A stretch of 63,719 nucleotides of DNA, the filler included, from Octopus bimaculoides (taxonomy: Eukaryota): assembly GCF_001194135.2 (NCBI RefSeq). It is 9 parts of 8 records of this genome, joined end to end, with 100 filler letters (N's around TTAATTAATTAA, not from the genome) between each part and the next. Parts side by side here need not be neighbours in the genome. Positions count along the whole stretch, not along the records: positions 1 to 26,517 come from NC_068983.1; 8 more parts are not named here. One strand, written 5' to 3'. Positions 11,355 through 23,847 of this stretch are shown here, one piece after another. The position numbers and the translations under genes were made by a program. A model generated the notes under the pieces. That model ran no database searches. It was not told where the DNA came from and saw only the letters and a list, made by a program, of their open reading frames with translations. Position 1 is the stretch's first letter. Every line of letters begins with the position of its first letter.

Positions 11355-12249
11355 GTGTGTGTGTGCATGCGCTGCTGTTTATGGCTTCTGCAGAATTTTA
11401 GCCTCAAAAATTCTGCTCACTGGGGACTGGACAACCTGATGTAATGGTAGATGCCATTTGCATAAGATGCAGTGCAGCCATGCATGCACCCATCATTATG
11501 AACCATTAAAATCGTATTAATCAATCAAGGAATAGTACATTCTATCATAATTACAGATATCTTGGCAACATTAGGATAAGCGTATGCACATGTGTGTGTA
11601 TGTGCATGATTGTGAGTAAGTATGTAATCTGTATGTAAGTATATTTATATATATATATCTGACCTCTAAGCTACATTTATATCAAATCAATCACCCAGCA
11701 TGTTGATATTCCTGGCAGTTGTGTTATTAAAGTGCAATAAAACAAACAGAACTTTGTATCACGAAAATAAATTGGATCAAGATAACATATCAACACAATA
11801 AGGCTAGTTGTCGAGACAGGAATATAAGCGCTTAAAGCTGGTACAAAATGAACGAAGGAAGAACAGCCAGTTGTTGCCATCGTTGTTGTTGTTCGACCCC
11901 AGACCAACACTGATAGAGAGATATATGGTCAAATGTATTCTTGTCATGATCAATCCATCTTTTTTTCCAATGTGCAAGGAGTCTAAGGACACAATCATTT
12001 AAGTGAGATTTAGCTATTATATTGAGCAGGTCAAACAATCAAGTAGAGGTCATCAAGTACTTTGTTTTATTTGTTAGATGTCCAATTAGCATACTTAATG
12101 TAATGAACCAAAAGTTGTTTTAATTAAAGTTACAGTAATAATCATAATCCTGGTGCCCTCCTTGTGTCCAAGACTCTCTGGTTCCTTCTGCATTGTGATC
12201 CCTGCATCCAATCAGTCAGGCTCTTATTTCTAGTCTATTCTCTGATGTC

Positions 12250-12560
12250 ACCATTCCACAAACGTCTGTGACAGCCTCTTGCACTCTTCCTCTCCATTAC
12301 TTCCTGTCAGGATGGTCTTGGACAATGATTCGTGGCACACTCCATGACCAAAATATGATAGCTTTGTGGACTTGATTCTCGACAGTAGGTATCTTCGGAC
12401 TTGCAACTTGTCTAGTTCTTCACTGATCATTATCCCATCATTCCAGCTTGTTCTGCCCAATTTACAAAAGATCTACATCGCAAAGGCCTCTATATTTTAT
12501 TCCATTCCTGTGAATATTGCCCAAGTTTCTGCCCTGTAGAAGACGATTCGCATAACATAA
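12250..12560 (-). mobile_element. LINE RT C-terminal remnant (RTE-like)
   Basis: ...LLSRIKSTKLSYFGHGVCHESLSKTILTG... resembles the LKYFGH...KTIMEG 3' region of LINE ORF2. Confidence 0.65.
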
Positions 12561-12819
12561 CGGTGTTATGTTTTTCGAGGAAAAGATACTCTAACATTTT
12601 TTTTATAAATAAGTAATAATAAGAAGAAATAAACCACAAGCTTTAATGGTCAGTTCTAGTCAAGAATGGAGTCGGAAAAAAACTATGAAATCTAAATTTA
12701 TTAAGACTTCAGATTCGGACATGCAGTGGGATTATTCTGACCTTTAGTAAGTATGGTGACAACTCTGGACATGTTTCAGTCGTCTTAGGCCTCTTCAGAA
12801 AAGAAATGTTTTTCTATTA

Positions 12820-13035
12820 TTCTTTTCGACTCTAGGCACAAGGCGCAAAATTTTGGGAGAGGGGCCAGTCAATTAGATTGACCTGAGTATGCAACTGGTA
12901 CTTAATTTATCAACCCCAAAAGGATGAAAAGCAAAGTCGACCTTGGCAGAATTTGAACTCAGAATGTAAAGACAGACGCAATACTGCTAAGCCTTTTGCC
13001 CAGCGTGCTAACGTTTCTGCCAACTCGCTGCCTTA
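12820..13035 (-). mobile_element. SINE family B copy
   Basis: Reverse complement gives GGCAGCGAGTTGGCAGAAACGTTAGCACGCTGGGC...GAGTTCAAATTCTGCCAAGGTCGACTTTGCTTTTCATCCTTTTGGGGTTGATAAATTAAGTACCAG. Confidence 0.8.
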
Positions 13036-13469
13036 ATGTCTTTCTATTATTGAGTAAGATCTTATATATTTATATTGGTAAAGTATTCTGTGTATATTAC
13101 TTAAGGTAGATGCATCGTTGAAAGCCTGATAAACTGCAGTATTCATTTCAAATACCACATCTGCTGCTAGATGAGTTTTGTCTACTCCTGATATATTTAT
13201 GTGTTTTTTAAAACTATACATCTATAATGGATGCCTTCTAGAGATGAATGCTGTAATTTGTCAGGTTATTTGCTTTAAGTATCACACACATATTACAGGT
13301 TGGAACCAATACTGCTTCAGTCGCTTATAACAAATTTAAATGAACCAACCTTTTAATGTTCCTTCAACAACTGAAACTAAACATTTTCAACACTGAATCA
13401 CTCAGTTATAAGTTTCCTAATCAAATATATTAGGATAGGATAAAGTTCCTTCCTGAGTTATATAGACTC

Positions 13470-13680
13470 ATAAGGTCTGGTTTCATGGTGTATATATTCA
13501 CCACCTGGATGGGACGCCAGTCTACCACAGGATAACTCATTTTTGCCGACTGAGCAAACTGGAGCAATGCGAAATGAAGTGTTTTGCTAAAGAACACAGT
13601 GCATTGCCCAGTCCAGGAATTGAAATCACAATCTTACGACCATGAGGCCAACACCCTGACCACTAGGCCACATACCTCCA
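13470..13680 (-). mobile_element. tRNA-derived CORE-type SINE
   Basis: Reverse strand has A-box TGGCCTAGTGG, B-box-like GATTTCAATTCC, and CORE-like TGTGTTCTTTAGCAAAACACTT...GCTCCAG; homologous to 61578-61700. Confidence 0.7.
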
Positions 13681-14679
13681 TGTCAAGTATATCGCTACCA
13701 ACAAAAAATAAGTTACTCTCACCTGGAAAAAAAAACAACAATAGCAAAATCTTGTGGTATAGAAATTTATGAATATACCGAACAAATAGAAAACTAATCC
13801 TGCAAAATTTATCTATCATTTTATTTTAAGTTTATTTAACTAATCGATTTACCAAATGCGTATTATAATCTGGGTCACATGCAGATAATCAGATGGTTAT
13901 TACAGGTAAAAATCTTTTCTGCTAAATACAATGCTTTCCATTGTTAATGGTTGTATGTTTATGAAAAGATCCATTATGTACTTTTAATATCTTTTATGCT
14001 CTAATTATACAATGAAACCTTCTTCTATTGTAAAAGATCAGATATTAATCAAATGGAAGCAGAACCACTCAGAAAATGTTTGTAGAGTAAATACGTATAA
14101 AACAAATATATTAACATTCACACACTTGTACAAATAAATAGAGTCGCATTCACACAGTTGTACATACATACGGATTTGCTAACATCAATGCAATTATACA
14201 TGCACGTACAGTGATGTATAAACATCCACTCGCCTATACTCATACACAAATATATTAACATTCACACGCTTACACTCACACAAACATACACACTGCGCAC
14301 TCGCACACATGCACACAAATGTATTTATGTTCACGCAATTATAAACACAAGACGAACATGCACGTTTATCTTCATCGATCTTACTCTGGTTTTAGATTTA
14401 ATATATTAATGTCCGCATACGCATACAAGCAATCACATACAAGCAAATACATCTACACACTTATACATGCAATCATATACACATTCACTTATTTATACAT
14501 AACAGTGACAGTTGTATTTCTCATTCAGAAATTCATAGGCACAAACAAAAATATTAGCATTCACCCATTTATAAGCATAAGACAAACGCATGCATTCATC
14601 TCTAACAATCTGATTGTTGACAGTTTTAGCTTTTTATTTGTAATTATTTCAGTCCTGCTGTTTGTTGTCATATTTGTCG

Positions 14680-14942
14680 CCATTGTTGTTGCTGTTGTTG
14701 ATGATGATGATGATGACGATGAGGATGATGCTGGTGACGAGGTTGATGACGATGAGGATGATGATGATGACGAGGTTAATGACGATGAGGATGATGATGA
14801 AGAGGATGAGAAGGAGGAGGAGGAGGAGGATGTTGATGATGATGATGACGATGATGACGATGATGACGATGATGACGATGATGATGATAATGATAATGCT
14901 GATGATGATGATGATGATAATGATGATGAGGAGGAGTAGGAG
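14680..14942. repeat. (GAT)/(GAC)/(GAG) trinucleotide expansion
   Basis: Directly visible; the poly-D/poly-M ORFs here are artefacts. Confidence 0.9.
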
Positions 14943-15429
14943 GAAGATTTTTAACTTAAATTGCTCGGCTTTTAACAGAGGAAATAAATCTTTGCCTCAA
15001 CTAAATCTTTGCCAGCTCACACACATTTTTATTTTACTTGTTTTTTTTCTTTTTAGTATTTTCCATTTATTACTCAGTTATTCAGTTTGTCCTTTTGTGG
15101 TTGACCCAACAGAAATTTAATGTTGCCATCTGGGATGGAGCCATTCCCTTACTTACCTGGAATTCCTCCATAGATTCTATGTAAATTCTTAGAACAAAAG
15201 ACTTTCCCGACATCTTATACATCAGAGGTTCCCAACCATTTTTTTTTCTCCTCAGGATCCTTTTGATTCTTATTTTACTCTTCTGGACCCTAATAAACAT
15301 TCAATATTCAAAAAGCCCTATTATATTTTTATAATTAAGTATTTTTAGGAACTGTATGGGTTTCTGGAATGACCTATAGTCATGACTAGCCTTTCGATAG
15401 CTCAGTATAATCATCAGTGTGAGCCACAT

Positions 15430-15830
15430 CATCATCATCATGATCATCATCGTTTAACGTCCGCTTTCCATGCTAGCATGGGTTGGACGATTTGACCGAG
15501 GACTGGTGAACCAGATGGCTACACCAGGCTCCAATCTGATTTGGCAAACGAAACCTGGAGAGTTAGTTTGGTAGATGAGGATGATGATGATGATTATGAT
15601 GATGATAACGATGGTGGTGGTGGTGGTGGTGGTGGTGGAGACGATGGGTAATGGTTGTGATGATGATGTGCAATGATGAAGGGGAGCATGTTGATGATGA
15701 TGAGTGATGATGATGACGATGACGTTGATGATGACAACGAGGATCATAATGATGACGATGATGATAGTGACTCGACGACAACGACGAGTTTCTACAGCTG
15801 GATGCCCTTCCTAACGCCAACCACATCTAT
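15430..15830 (-). mobile_element. Family C copy split by an approximately 235-bp trinucleotide-rich block
   Basis: ...CCAATCTGATTTGGCAA (to about 15547) resumes as GTTTCTACAGCTGGATGCCCTTCCTAACGCCAACC (15788); these are contiguous in the 21630-21680 copy. Confidence 0.75.
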
Positions 15831-16034
15831 TGATAATCACAGTATTTCTCCAAATGAACTGATTGAACCTGGCCATTGATCTGTTTGGGATTTCTCTGCC
15901 CAGCATCTTGTGCACCTTACCATTGACCGGGTTGACAGTTCTTCCACCAGGGTTTCACACCTGCTATTCTGCTCCCCTTGCAGGTAACCAGAGCCACCAC
16001 GTTTTCCACTTTAGGTTCAACATCGACCTGCCTG

Positions 16035-16272
16035 AAGAGATTGAGGTTTGCTGGCCACTGCTGGAGAAGTAAAGAGGAACGTGTGAGCAATGTGTTGCTG
16101 TGGACACCAACTCGTGGTACCGCAGAGGCTGGAAGACCACGGAAGACATATATACAACAGCTTGTAAAAGATGTTGGATGCCAAGTTAGAAACCTAAAAA
16201 CATTAATGGAAGATCAGAAGGGATGGAGAGAGGTAGTGAGGCTGGCCCGGGCAATCAGCCTGACTGGATGAT
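16035..16272 (+). mobile_element. LINE ORF2 3' end (RTE/RTEX-like)
   Basis: RLRFAGHCWRSKEERVSNVLLWTP...GRPRKTYIQQLVKD...LMEDQKGWREVV is a typical LINE C-terminus, followed by GATGATG and an A-run. Confidence 0.75.
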
Positions 16273-17419
16273 GCCTTGATAAAAAAAAAAAAATAGGAGT
16301 AGTTGTTGTAAATACCTTATGCACCCTGTGTATAAATATATANNNNNNNNNNNNNNNNNNNNNNNNNNNNNNNNNNNNNNNNNNNNNNNNNNNNNNNNNN
16401 NNNNNNNNNNNNNNNNNNNNNNNNNNNNNNNNNNNNNNNNNNNNNNNNNNNNNNNNNNNNNNNNNNNNNNNNNNNNNNNNNNNNNNNNNNNNNNNNNNNN
16501 NNNNNNNNNNNNNNNNNNNNNNNNNNNNNNNNNNNNNNNNNNNNNNNNNNNNNNNNNNNNNNNNNNNNNNNNNNNNNNNNNNNNNNNNNNNNNNNNNNNN
16601 NNNNNNNNNNNNNNNNNNNNNNNNNNNNNNNNNNNNNNNNNNNNNNNNNNNNNNNNNNNNNNNNNNNNNNNNNNNNNNNNNNNNNNNNNNNNNNNNNNNN
16701 NNNNNNNNNNNNNNNNNNNNNNNNNNNNNNNNNNNNNNNNNNNNNNNNNNNNNNNNNNNNNNNNNNNNNNNNNNNNNNNNNNNNNNNNNNNNNNNNNNNN
16801 NNNNNNNNNNNNNNNNNNNNNNNNNNNNNNNNNNNNNNNNNNNNNNNNNNNNNNNNNNNNNNNNNNNNNNNNNNNNNNNNNNNNNNNNNNNNNNNNNNNN
16901 NNNNNNNNNNNNNNNNNNNNNNNNNNNNNNNNNNNNNNNNNNNNNNNNNNNNNNNNNNNNNNNNNNNNNNNNNNNNNNNNNNNNNNNNNNNNNNNNNNNN
17001 NNNNNNNNNNNNNNNNNNNNNNNNNNNNNNNNNNNNNNNNNNNNNNNNNNNNNNNNNNNNNNNNNNNNNNNNNNNNNNNNNNNNNNNNNNNNNNNNNNNN
17101 NNNNNNNNNNNNNNNNNNNNNNNNNNNNNNNNNNNNNNNNNNNNNNNNNNNNNNNNNNNNNNNNNNNNNNNNATATATATATATATATATATATATATAT
17201 ACGTATCTGTGTATGTTTGTGTATTTGTGTTTATGCCCCCAGCATGGACACAATCGAATGACTGAAACAGACACAAGAATAAAAAAAAGAATAATATATC
17301 CATTGAAGAAATATCTCTTTAAAATATATCTCTTTAAAATATTAAACCAGTGTATCTTAGATTAATATCCCTATAAGAGATTAATGCCAACCACTCTGAG
17401 AGTGTAATGTGTGCTTTTT

Positions 17420-17572
17420 ACGTGCCACCAGCACAAAGGGCAGTCAGGTGGTACTGCCAGATTGAATTGGAGCCTGGTGCAGCCTTCTGGCTTGCCAGCC
17501 CTCAGTCAAACCATCCAACCCATGCCAGCATGGAAAGTGGACGTTAAACAACGACGATGATGATGATGATTA
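17420..17572 (+). mobile_element. Family C tail copy
   Basis: GGAGCCTGGTGCAGCCTTCTGGCTTGCCAG..CTCAGTCAAACCATCCAACCCATGCCAGCATGGAAAGTGGACGTTAAAC..GATGATGAT. Confidence 0.75.
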
Positions 17573-17692
17573 TTCACGCACACAAATGTTTGTGTGTGTT
17601 ATTGTAACTAAATTTTGATGCATCAGCATTATTTTCTGAGCACTGCACACATTTGTATGTAGGGTAGCTGCATGTGAGTGAATGCTTTAGAG

Positions 17693-17778
17693 TGTATGTG
17701 TGTAAGCAAGTGCACGCGCGTGTGTGTATGTGTGTAAGCAAGTGCACGCGCGTGTGTGTATGTGTGTAAGCAAGTGCA
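17693..17778. repeat. 32-bp minisatellite, about 2.6 copies
   Basis: TGTAAGCAAGTGCACGCGCGTGTGTGTATGTG starts at 17701 and 17733, with a partial third copy at 17765. Confidence 0.85.
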
Positions 17779-18899
17779 TGTGTATGGGTGTCTATTAATT
17801 GTTGCTTCCAAGCAGATCCAGACACAATATATTAATTACACCCACAAGAAAGAAAGAGAGAGAGAGCTAGAGAGCAAGAAGAGTGAGGGAGTGAGAGAAA
17901 GAGAAAGTGCTCATTCTGGCTGTTACAATAAATAATTCACATGAAAGTTACATTCCTATTTATATTTAATCAATCATACCATTATAATGCTAATGCATAT
18001 CACAATTTAAGCAAAATTATCACCATGACAACATCTTGATGGAGCTCGGATGTAAGTCGGTGGGTTATGGTTGTAACAATGGCAGATTAGAGTTACTAAT
18101 GGACTCTAATAGCTGAATCATAATGGGCGAATATTCGATGAATTACTAACACTGACCCTCATAACTAACCAGGTGGTTTTGCAACAGTAAAACCAAGCAG
18201 GATAGTTGTCCGGGTACTAATAAAATGGTGGAGACAAAAGAGCTGAGAATAACATTTTTGTTCCTTGTTCTTCTTGTTGTTGTTGCTGCTGTTGCTTTGG
18301 GCAGGTTTGTTTCTTTCTCTCTNNNNNNNNNNNNNNNNNNNNNNNNNNNNNNNNNNNNNNNNNNNNNNNNNNNNNNNNNNNNNNNNNNNNNNNNNNNNNN
18401 NNNNNNNNNNNNNNNNNNNNNNNNNNNNNNNNNNNNNNNNNNNNNNNNNNNNNNNNNNNNNNNNNNNNNNNNNNNNNNNNNNNNNNNNNNNNNNNNNNNN
18501 NNNNNNNNNNNNNNNNNNNNNNNNNNNNNNNNNNNNNNNNNNNNNNNNNNNNNNNNNNNNNNNNNNNNNNNNNNNNNNNNNNNNNNNNNNNNNNNNNNNN
18601 NNNNNNNNNNNNNNNNNNNNNNNNNNNNNNNNNNNNNNNNNNNNNNNNNNNNNNNNNNNNNNNNNNNNNNNNNNNNNNNNNNNNNNNNNNNNNNNNNNNN
18701 NNNNNNNNNNNNNNNNNNNNNNNNNNNNNNNNNNNNNNNNNNNNNNNNNNNNNNNNNNNNNNNNNNNNNNNNNNNNNNNNNNNNNNNNNNNNNNNNNNNN
18801 NNNNNNNNNNNNNNNNNNNNNNNNNNNNNNNNNNNNNNNNNNNNNNNNNNNNNNNNNTATAGTGTGTGTGTGTGTGTCTGTATACATATATATATATAG

Positions 18900-18964
<65 letters not shown>

Positions 18965-18977
18965 TGTATATATATGT

Positions 18978-19140
18978 GTGGTGGTCTTCTTTCAGTTTCC
19001 GTCTACAAAATCCACTCACAAGACTTTGGTTGGCCCGAGGCTATAGTAGAAGACACTTTCCCAAGATCTTACGCAGTGGGACTGAACACAGAACCATGTG
19101 GTTGGGAAGCAAGCTTCTTACCACACAACCACGCCTACCC
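18978..19140 (-). mobile_element. SINE family A head
   Basis: Reverse complement of GGCGTGGTTGTGTGGTAAGAAGCTTGCTTCCCAACCACATGGTTCTGTGTTCAGTCCC... Confidence 0.8.
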
Positions 19141-20179
19141 CCTGACCACCATGTTTATTCTTTCTTACTTTTCTGCCTCAAATATTTTATTCTTTATTTG
19201 TTTTCTCTTTCGCATTACTAATTGATATAATTTGTGGAGAAAATTAATCATCTCGATCTCTCATAAACATCAAGAAGATATTAATGGCCTGTGGTGAGTT
19301 CCAGTTTTAGTTTTGTCAGGGTCATTAGACGAGAGATTTAGAGTCCTTACTCTACAATGTGTCTCGTTATCATCTCTTTCGGAGATAAGAGTCCCAGACT
19401 ATGTGGTACCAACTCAGAGCAAATCAATGAAATACGCTGCTAAAGTATGAAGTGCTTCTTTTACTTGATTCAGTCATTCGACTGCGACCAAGCTAGGGCA
19501 CTCATTGCCTTGAAGAATTTTAGCCAAACAAATCGACCCCATTCTATCAGTGTGCTTTTGGTGAACAGCTAAGTTATGAGGGTGTAAACACACCAACATC
19601 AGTTGTCAAGTGATGGTGGAGTGCAAACACATGCACACACACACATATACTTGCATACAGGCATGCATATATATATATATATATAAATACACATATGTGN
19701 NNNNNNNNNNNNNNNNNNNNNNNNNNNNNNNNNNNNNNNNNNNNNNNNNNNNNNNNNNNNNNNNNNNNNNNNNNNNNNNNNNNNNNNNNNNNNNNNNNNN
19801 NNNNNNNNNNNNNNNNNNNNNNNNNNNNNNNNNNNNNNNNNNNNNNNNNNNNNNNNNNNNNNNNNNNNNNNNNNNNNNNNNNNNNNNNNNNNNNNNNNNN
19901 NNNNNNNNNNNNNNNNNNNNNNNNNNNNNNNNNNNNNNNNNNNNNNNNNNNNNNNNNNNNNNNNNNNNNNNNNNNNNNNNNNNNNNNNNNNNNNNNNNNN
20001 NNNNNNNNNNNNNNNNNNNNNNNNNNNNNNNNNNNNNNNNNNNNNNNNNNNNNNNNNNNNNNNNNNNNNNNNNNNNNNNNNNNNNNNNNNNNNNNNNNNN
20101 NNNNNNNNNNNNNNNNNNNNNNNNNNNNNNNNNNNNNNNNNNNNNNNNNNNNNNNNNNNNNNNNNNNNNNNNNNNNNNN

Positions 20180-20510
20180 GGTGGTTGTGGTGGTGGTGGT
20201 GGCGGCGATGGTGGCAGTGGTGGTGGCGGCAGCGGTGGTGGTGGCGGCGACGGCGGCGGTAGTGGTGGCGGCAGTGGTGGTGACGGCAGTGGTGATGGTG
20301 GTGGTGGTGGTGGTGATGATGAAGAGGAGCATGTTGATGATGATGATGATGAGAGTGATGATGATGATGATGATGAGAGTGATGATGATGATGAGAGTGA
20401 TGATGATGAGAGTGATGATGATGATTATGATGATGATGACAATGATGATGATAATGATGACAATGATGATGGTGACAACGACGACGACGATGACGACGAT
20501 GATGATGATT
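20180..20510. repeat. (GGT/GGC)-(GAT)-(GAC) trinucleotide block
   Basis: Directly visible; shares a non-periodic internal motif with 15675-15716. Confidence 0.9.
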
Positions 20511-20874
20511 TTCTATGGCCTACAAACTTCTACTGCTTCAGTCTCTGTTCTAAAACATCTGATTAGAATCAATTAAAAATTTCAAAATGAATAAAGTGGA
20601 GACGGAGGAGAAAAGAAATAAAACATTCGGAAAACAAAAGGAAAAAACATAAATAAATAAATAAATCAAATTCTTGATCTTTCTACCAAACTTTATTTCC
20701 ATATTCAAAGATGTGGAAAGACTTAAGATGACCCAGAGGCAAAATAGGATTATTGGAGAATTTTGGATTTTGTTTTTTTTGGTTTAAATCAAATCTGATG
20801 TTATTCTTTGATGTCATCAAAACTTATTTTAACATAAACTACACACATGCTTCAAATATTCGATATTACAATTT

Positions 20875-21300
20875 AAGATGGTGAGGTAGCAGAAATATTA
20901 ACACACCAGGCGAAATGCTTGGCGGTATTTTGTCTGTTTTTACATTCTGAGTTCAAATTCCGCCGAGGTCAACTTTGCCTTTCATTCTTTCGGGGTTGAT
21001 AAATTAAGTACCAGTCACACACTGGGGTCGATGTAATTCATTATCTCACTCCCCCAAATTTCAGCCTTGTCTATAGTAGAAAGCTGGCAGAAACGTTAGC
21101 ACACCAGGTGAAATGCTTAGCGGTATATCGTCTGTCTTTACGTTCTGAGTTCAAATTGCGCTGAGGTCGACTTTTCTTTTTAACCTTTTGGGGTCGATTA
21201 AATAAATACCAGGGGCCAATGTAATCGACTTAATCCCTTTGTCTGTCCTTGTTTGTCCCCTCTGTGTTTAGCCCCTTGTGGGCAATAAAGAAATAAATAT
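20875..21300 (+). mobile_element. Two tandem SINE family B copies
   Basis: Head, B-box (GAGTTCAAATT) and core each appear twice, at about 20880-21075 and 21085-21300. Confidence 0.8.
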
Positions 21301-21529
21301 TACAATCAACAGATGATATCTCGAGCACATCCTTTATGAGTGTGGTTGAGAGGCATGTTTCATAACCATATGGTCACAGGTTCAACCTTGCTGTGAAGTA
21401 GTACCTTGGGCAAGTGTCATCTACTATTGGATTGGTGCATAATTATTACGGCTTTTTTATTCAACAAAAACAAGAACAACATGTAACAAAAACATCTTTC
21501 AGTTCTATGTTTAAGAGATAAGGAATTCA

Positions 21530-21938
21530 TCATCATCATTATCATCATTGTTTAAAATTCGCTTTCCGTGCTAGCATGGGTTGGACAATTTGACTGAGGA
21601 CTGGCGAACCAGGTGGTTACACCAGGCTCCAATCTGATTTGGCCAAGTTTCTACAGCTGGATGCCCTTCCTAACGCCAACCACTCTGAGAGTGTATGGGT
21701 ACTTTTATGTGCCAGTCATGCGGTACTAGCAACAGCCACGCTCAAAATGGTGTATTTTACGTGCCATCTGCACAGGAGCCAGTCCAGTGGCACTGGTAAC
21801 GTCCTTGCTCAAATGTTTTTCATGTGCCACCGGCACAAGTGCCAGTAAAGTGACACAGGTAAAGATCACATTCAAATGGGGCTATTTACGTGCCACTGGC
21901 ACGGAAGCCAGACAGCTGCTCTGGCAATGATCATGTTC
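21530..21938 (-). mobile_element. Family C long copy with internal ~80-bp subrepeats
   Basis: CATCATCAT..TTTAA..CGCTTTCCGTGCTAGCATGGGTTGGAC...CCTTCCTAACGCCAACCACTC...TTTTACGTGCCA subrepeats. Confidence 0.8.
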
Positions 21939-22097
21939 NNNNNNNNNNNNNNNNNNNNNNNNNNNNNNNNNNNNNNNNNNNNNNNNNNNNNNNNNNNNNN
22001 NNNNNNNNNNNNNNNNNNNNNNNNNNNNNNNNNNNNNNNNNNNNNNNNNNNNNNNNNNNNNNNNNNNNNNNNNNNNNNNNNNNNNNNNNNNNNNNNN

Positions 22098-22151
<54 letters not shown>

Positions 22152-22152
<1 letters not shown>

Positions 22153-22312
22153 CGATGGGCTTCTTTCAGTTTCTGTCTACCAAATCCACTTACAAGGCTT
22201 TGGTCAGCCCGAGGCTATAGTAGAAGACACTTACCCAAGGTGCCACGCAGTGGGACTGAACCCAGAACCATGTGGTTGGTAAGCCAGCTACTTACCACAC
22301 AGCCACTCCTGC
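22152..22312 (-). mobile_element. SINE family A head
   Basis: Reverse complement is GCAGGAGTGGCTGTGTGGTAAGTAGCTGGCTTACCAACCACATGGTTCTGGGTTCAGTCCCACTGCGTGGCACC... Confidence 0.85.
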
Positions 22313-23059
22313 AGAAAATTCTACGAATGCACTGATAAGATTTCGTTCCTCTGCCTCAAGTGATTAGCAACGATTTAGTTGGAGATCCAAGACAGATAGT
22401 AAAGACGCCATTGCAAAGCAAACAAGTTCACCTTTATTGATGTTACGTTTGGTTGTTAGCAAAATGCATCGGCATCTTCTCAAACATACTGAACTAAATA
22501 TCTTAACCTCTTTCATCACATACGGTACAGAAATGAAAACTTCTGACTCTGAAGAGTAAAACAGTTGCTTATATGACAACGACGATGACGATGGTGGTGG
22601 TGGTGGTGGTGGTGATGATGATGATAATGATGATGAAGAAGATAATCGTAGTTATCAGATTACTGTTGAAGCAGGCGTCTAGAAAATGATTAATAATAAT
22701 ATAATAGTACATTTATTTAGATGACATAAATACAGTCTTCACAGACAGCCTGTGCAGATGTATACATATATATATACACACAGATACCACGAAAGTAAGT
22801 AGCCATTCCTCATTTTATATACACACGTGTGTGTGTGAGTGTGTGTGTGTGAGTATGCATATATATGCACATGCCACATGTCAGATGTACATAGTATTTA
22901 TATATATATATATATATATNNNNNNNNNNNNNNNNNNNNNNNNNNNNNNNNNNNNNNNNNNNNNNNNNNNNNNNNNNNNNNNNNNNNNNNNNNNNNNNNN
23001 NNNNNNNNNNNNNGGGTGCATATGTTTATACACATTTCTCTACTTGAGAAATATATGAA

Positions 23060-23200
23060 AAATCCATGTCATATGTAAATGGAACTAAGAAATGCAATTT
23101 ATGTATAGCTGAAACATTGACATTCATTTCAGATCTAAGAATTGTAACATATTACTTAATTCCAGATCTGAAATTTTCTGCACAAATATATGCACAAATT
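23060..23200 (+). mobile_element. PLE GIY-YIG C-terminal remnant
   Basis: YVNGTKKCNLCIAETLTFI and, in a shifted frame, LLNSRSEIFC match the PLE endonuclease tail pattern Y...KRCNLCLxEK...LLNxRSE. Confidence 0.6.
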
Positions 23201-23634
23201 TCATTCAGAAAACTAGAGGACGCTTCCCTCTGCAGAATGAGCAGCTGTCTTGAAGTCTTTAGACCACTTTCCATTGAATTATTCTACAGCAACTAGTTAA
23301 ATGATGGCTTTTATGTTCAAAGGGGAAGTATTTCTAATTTTCTTTCTTTTACTTTTCTGCTCTTATTTACCTTCCAGCCTTGTCACACTCTGTGTCAAGC
23401 TGAATCTCCTTGACAACTACATAAAGGGCATGTATATCTATGGAGTACTCAGCCACTTGCACGTTAATTTCATGAGGTGGCTGGTCCATTGGTTGGTTCA
23501 ACCAGAATCCTCATTGTCGTATCCAACAGAGTGCCAGTTTTATAATATTCTGGAAACACTGGCACCAAGTTAATCATGGTAGCAGCCACAGTCTTTTGGA
23601 AATAGCCAAATACTTCACCTCATTCTGTTTACTA

Positions 23635-23847
23635 TGAGGTGGTACTAAAAAGTTCCTGACTTTGAGTAAAAGAAAATACAAGAGGATCAGTTAATTATGA
23701 TTTTATTCAATGTATTCCCTTCTCAGATTCACACACTTATTGCAGCGGTCCTCCAGTTTTTCTACCCTGTAATAGAACTCAGAAGGTTGAGCTTCCAATC
23801 AGGCCTTTCACAATACCCTTAAAGCCAAAAACTTTGCAGCACCCTCT
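23635..23847. mobile_element. mariner-derived MITE, copy 1
   Basis: TGAGGTGGTACTAAAAAGTTCCTGACTTT ... AAAGCCAAAAACTTTGCAGCACCCTC TIRs; body homologous to 36669-36879. Confidence 0.75.

Noticed and set aside
14319-15120. Long acidic and poly-Met ORFs
   Set aside because: Products of (GAT)n/(GAG)n expansion, with no domain and no splice support.
18020-19450. Several short AG..GT-bounded segments on both strands (for example YPDNYPAWFYCCKTT and QNYHHDNILMELG)
   Set aside because: Mutually incompatible frames and strands with no recognisable homology; indistinguishable from chance.
22364-22579. Minus-strand ORF with a good acceptor (ESEVFISVPYVMKEVK...)
   Set aside because: No recognisable domain, a weak donor and no linkable neighbours.
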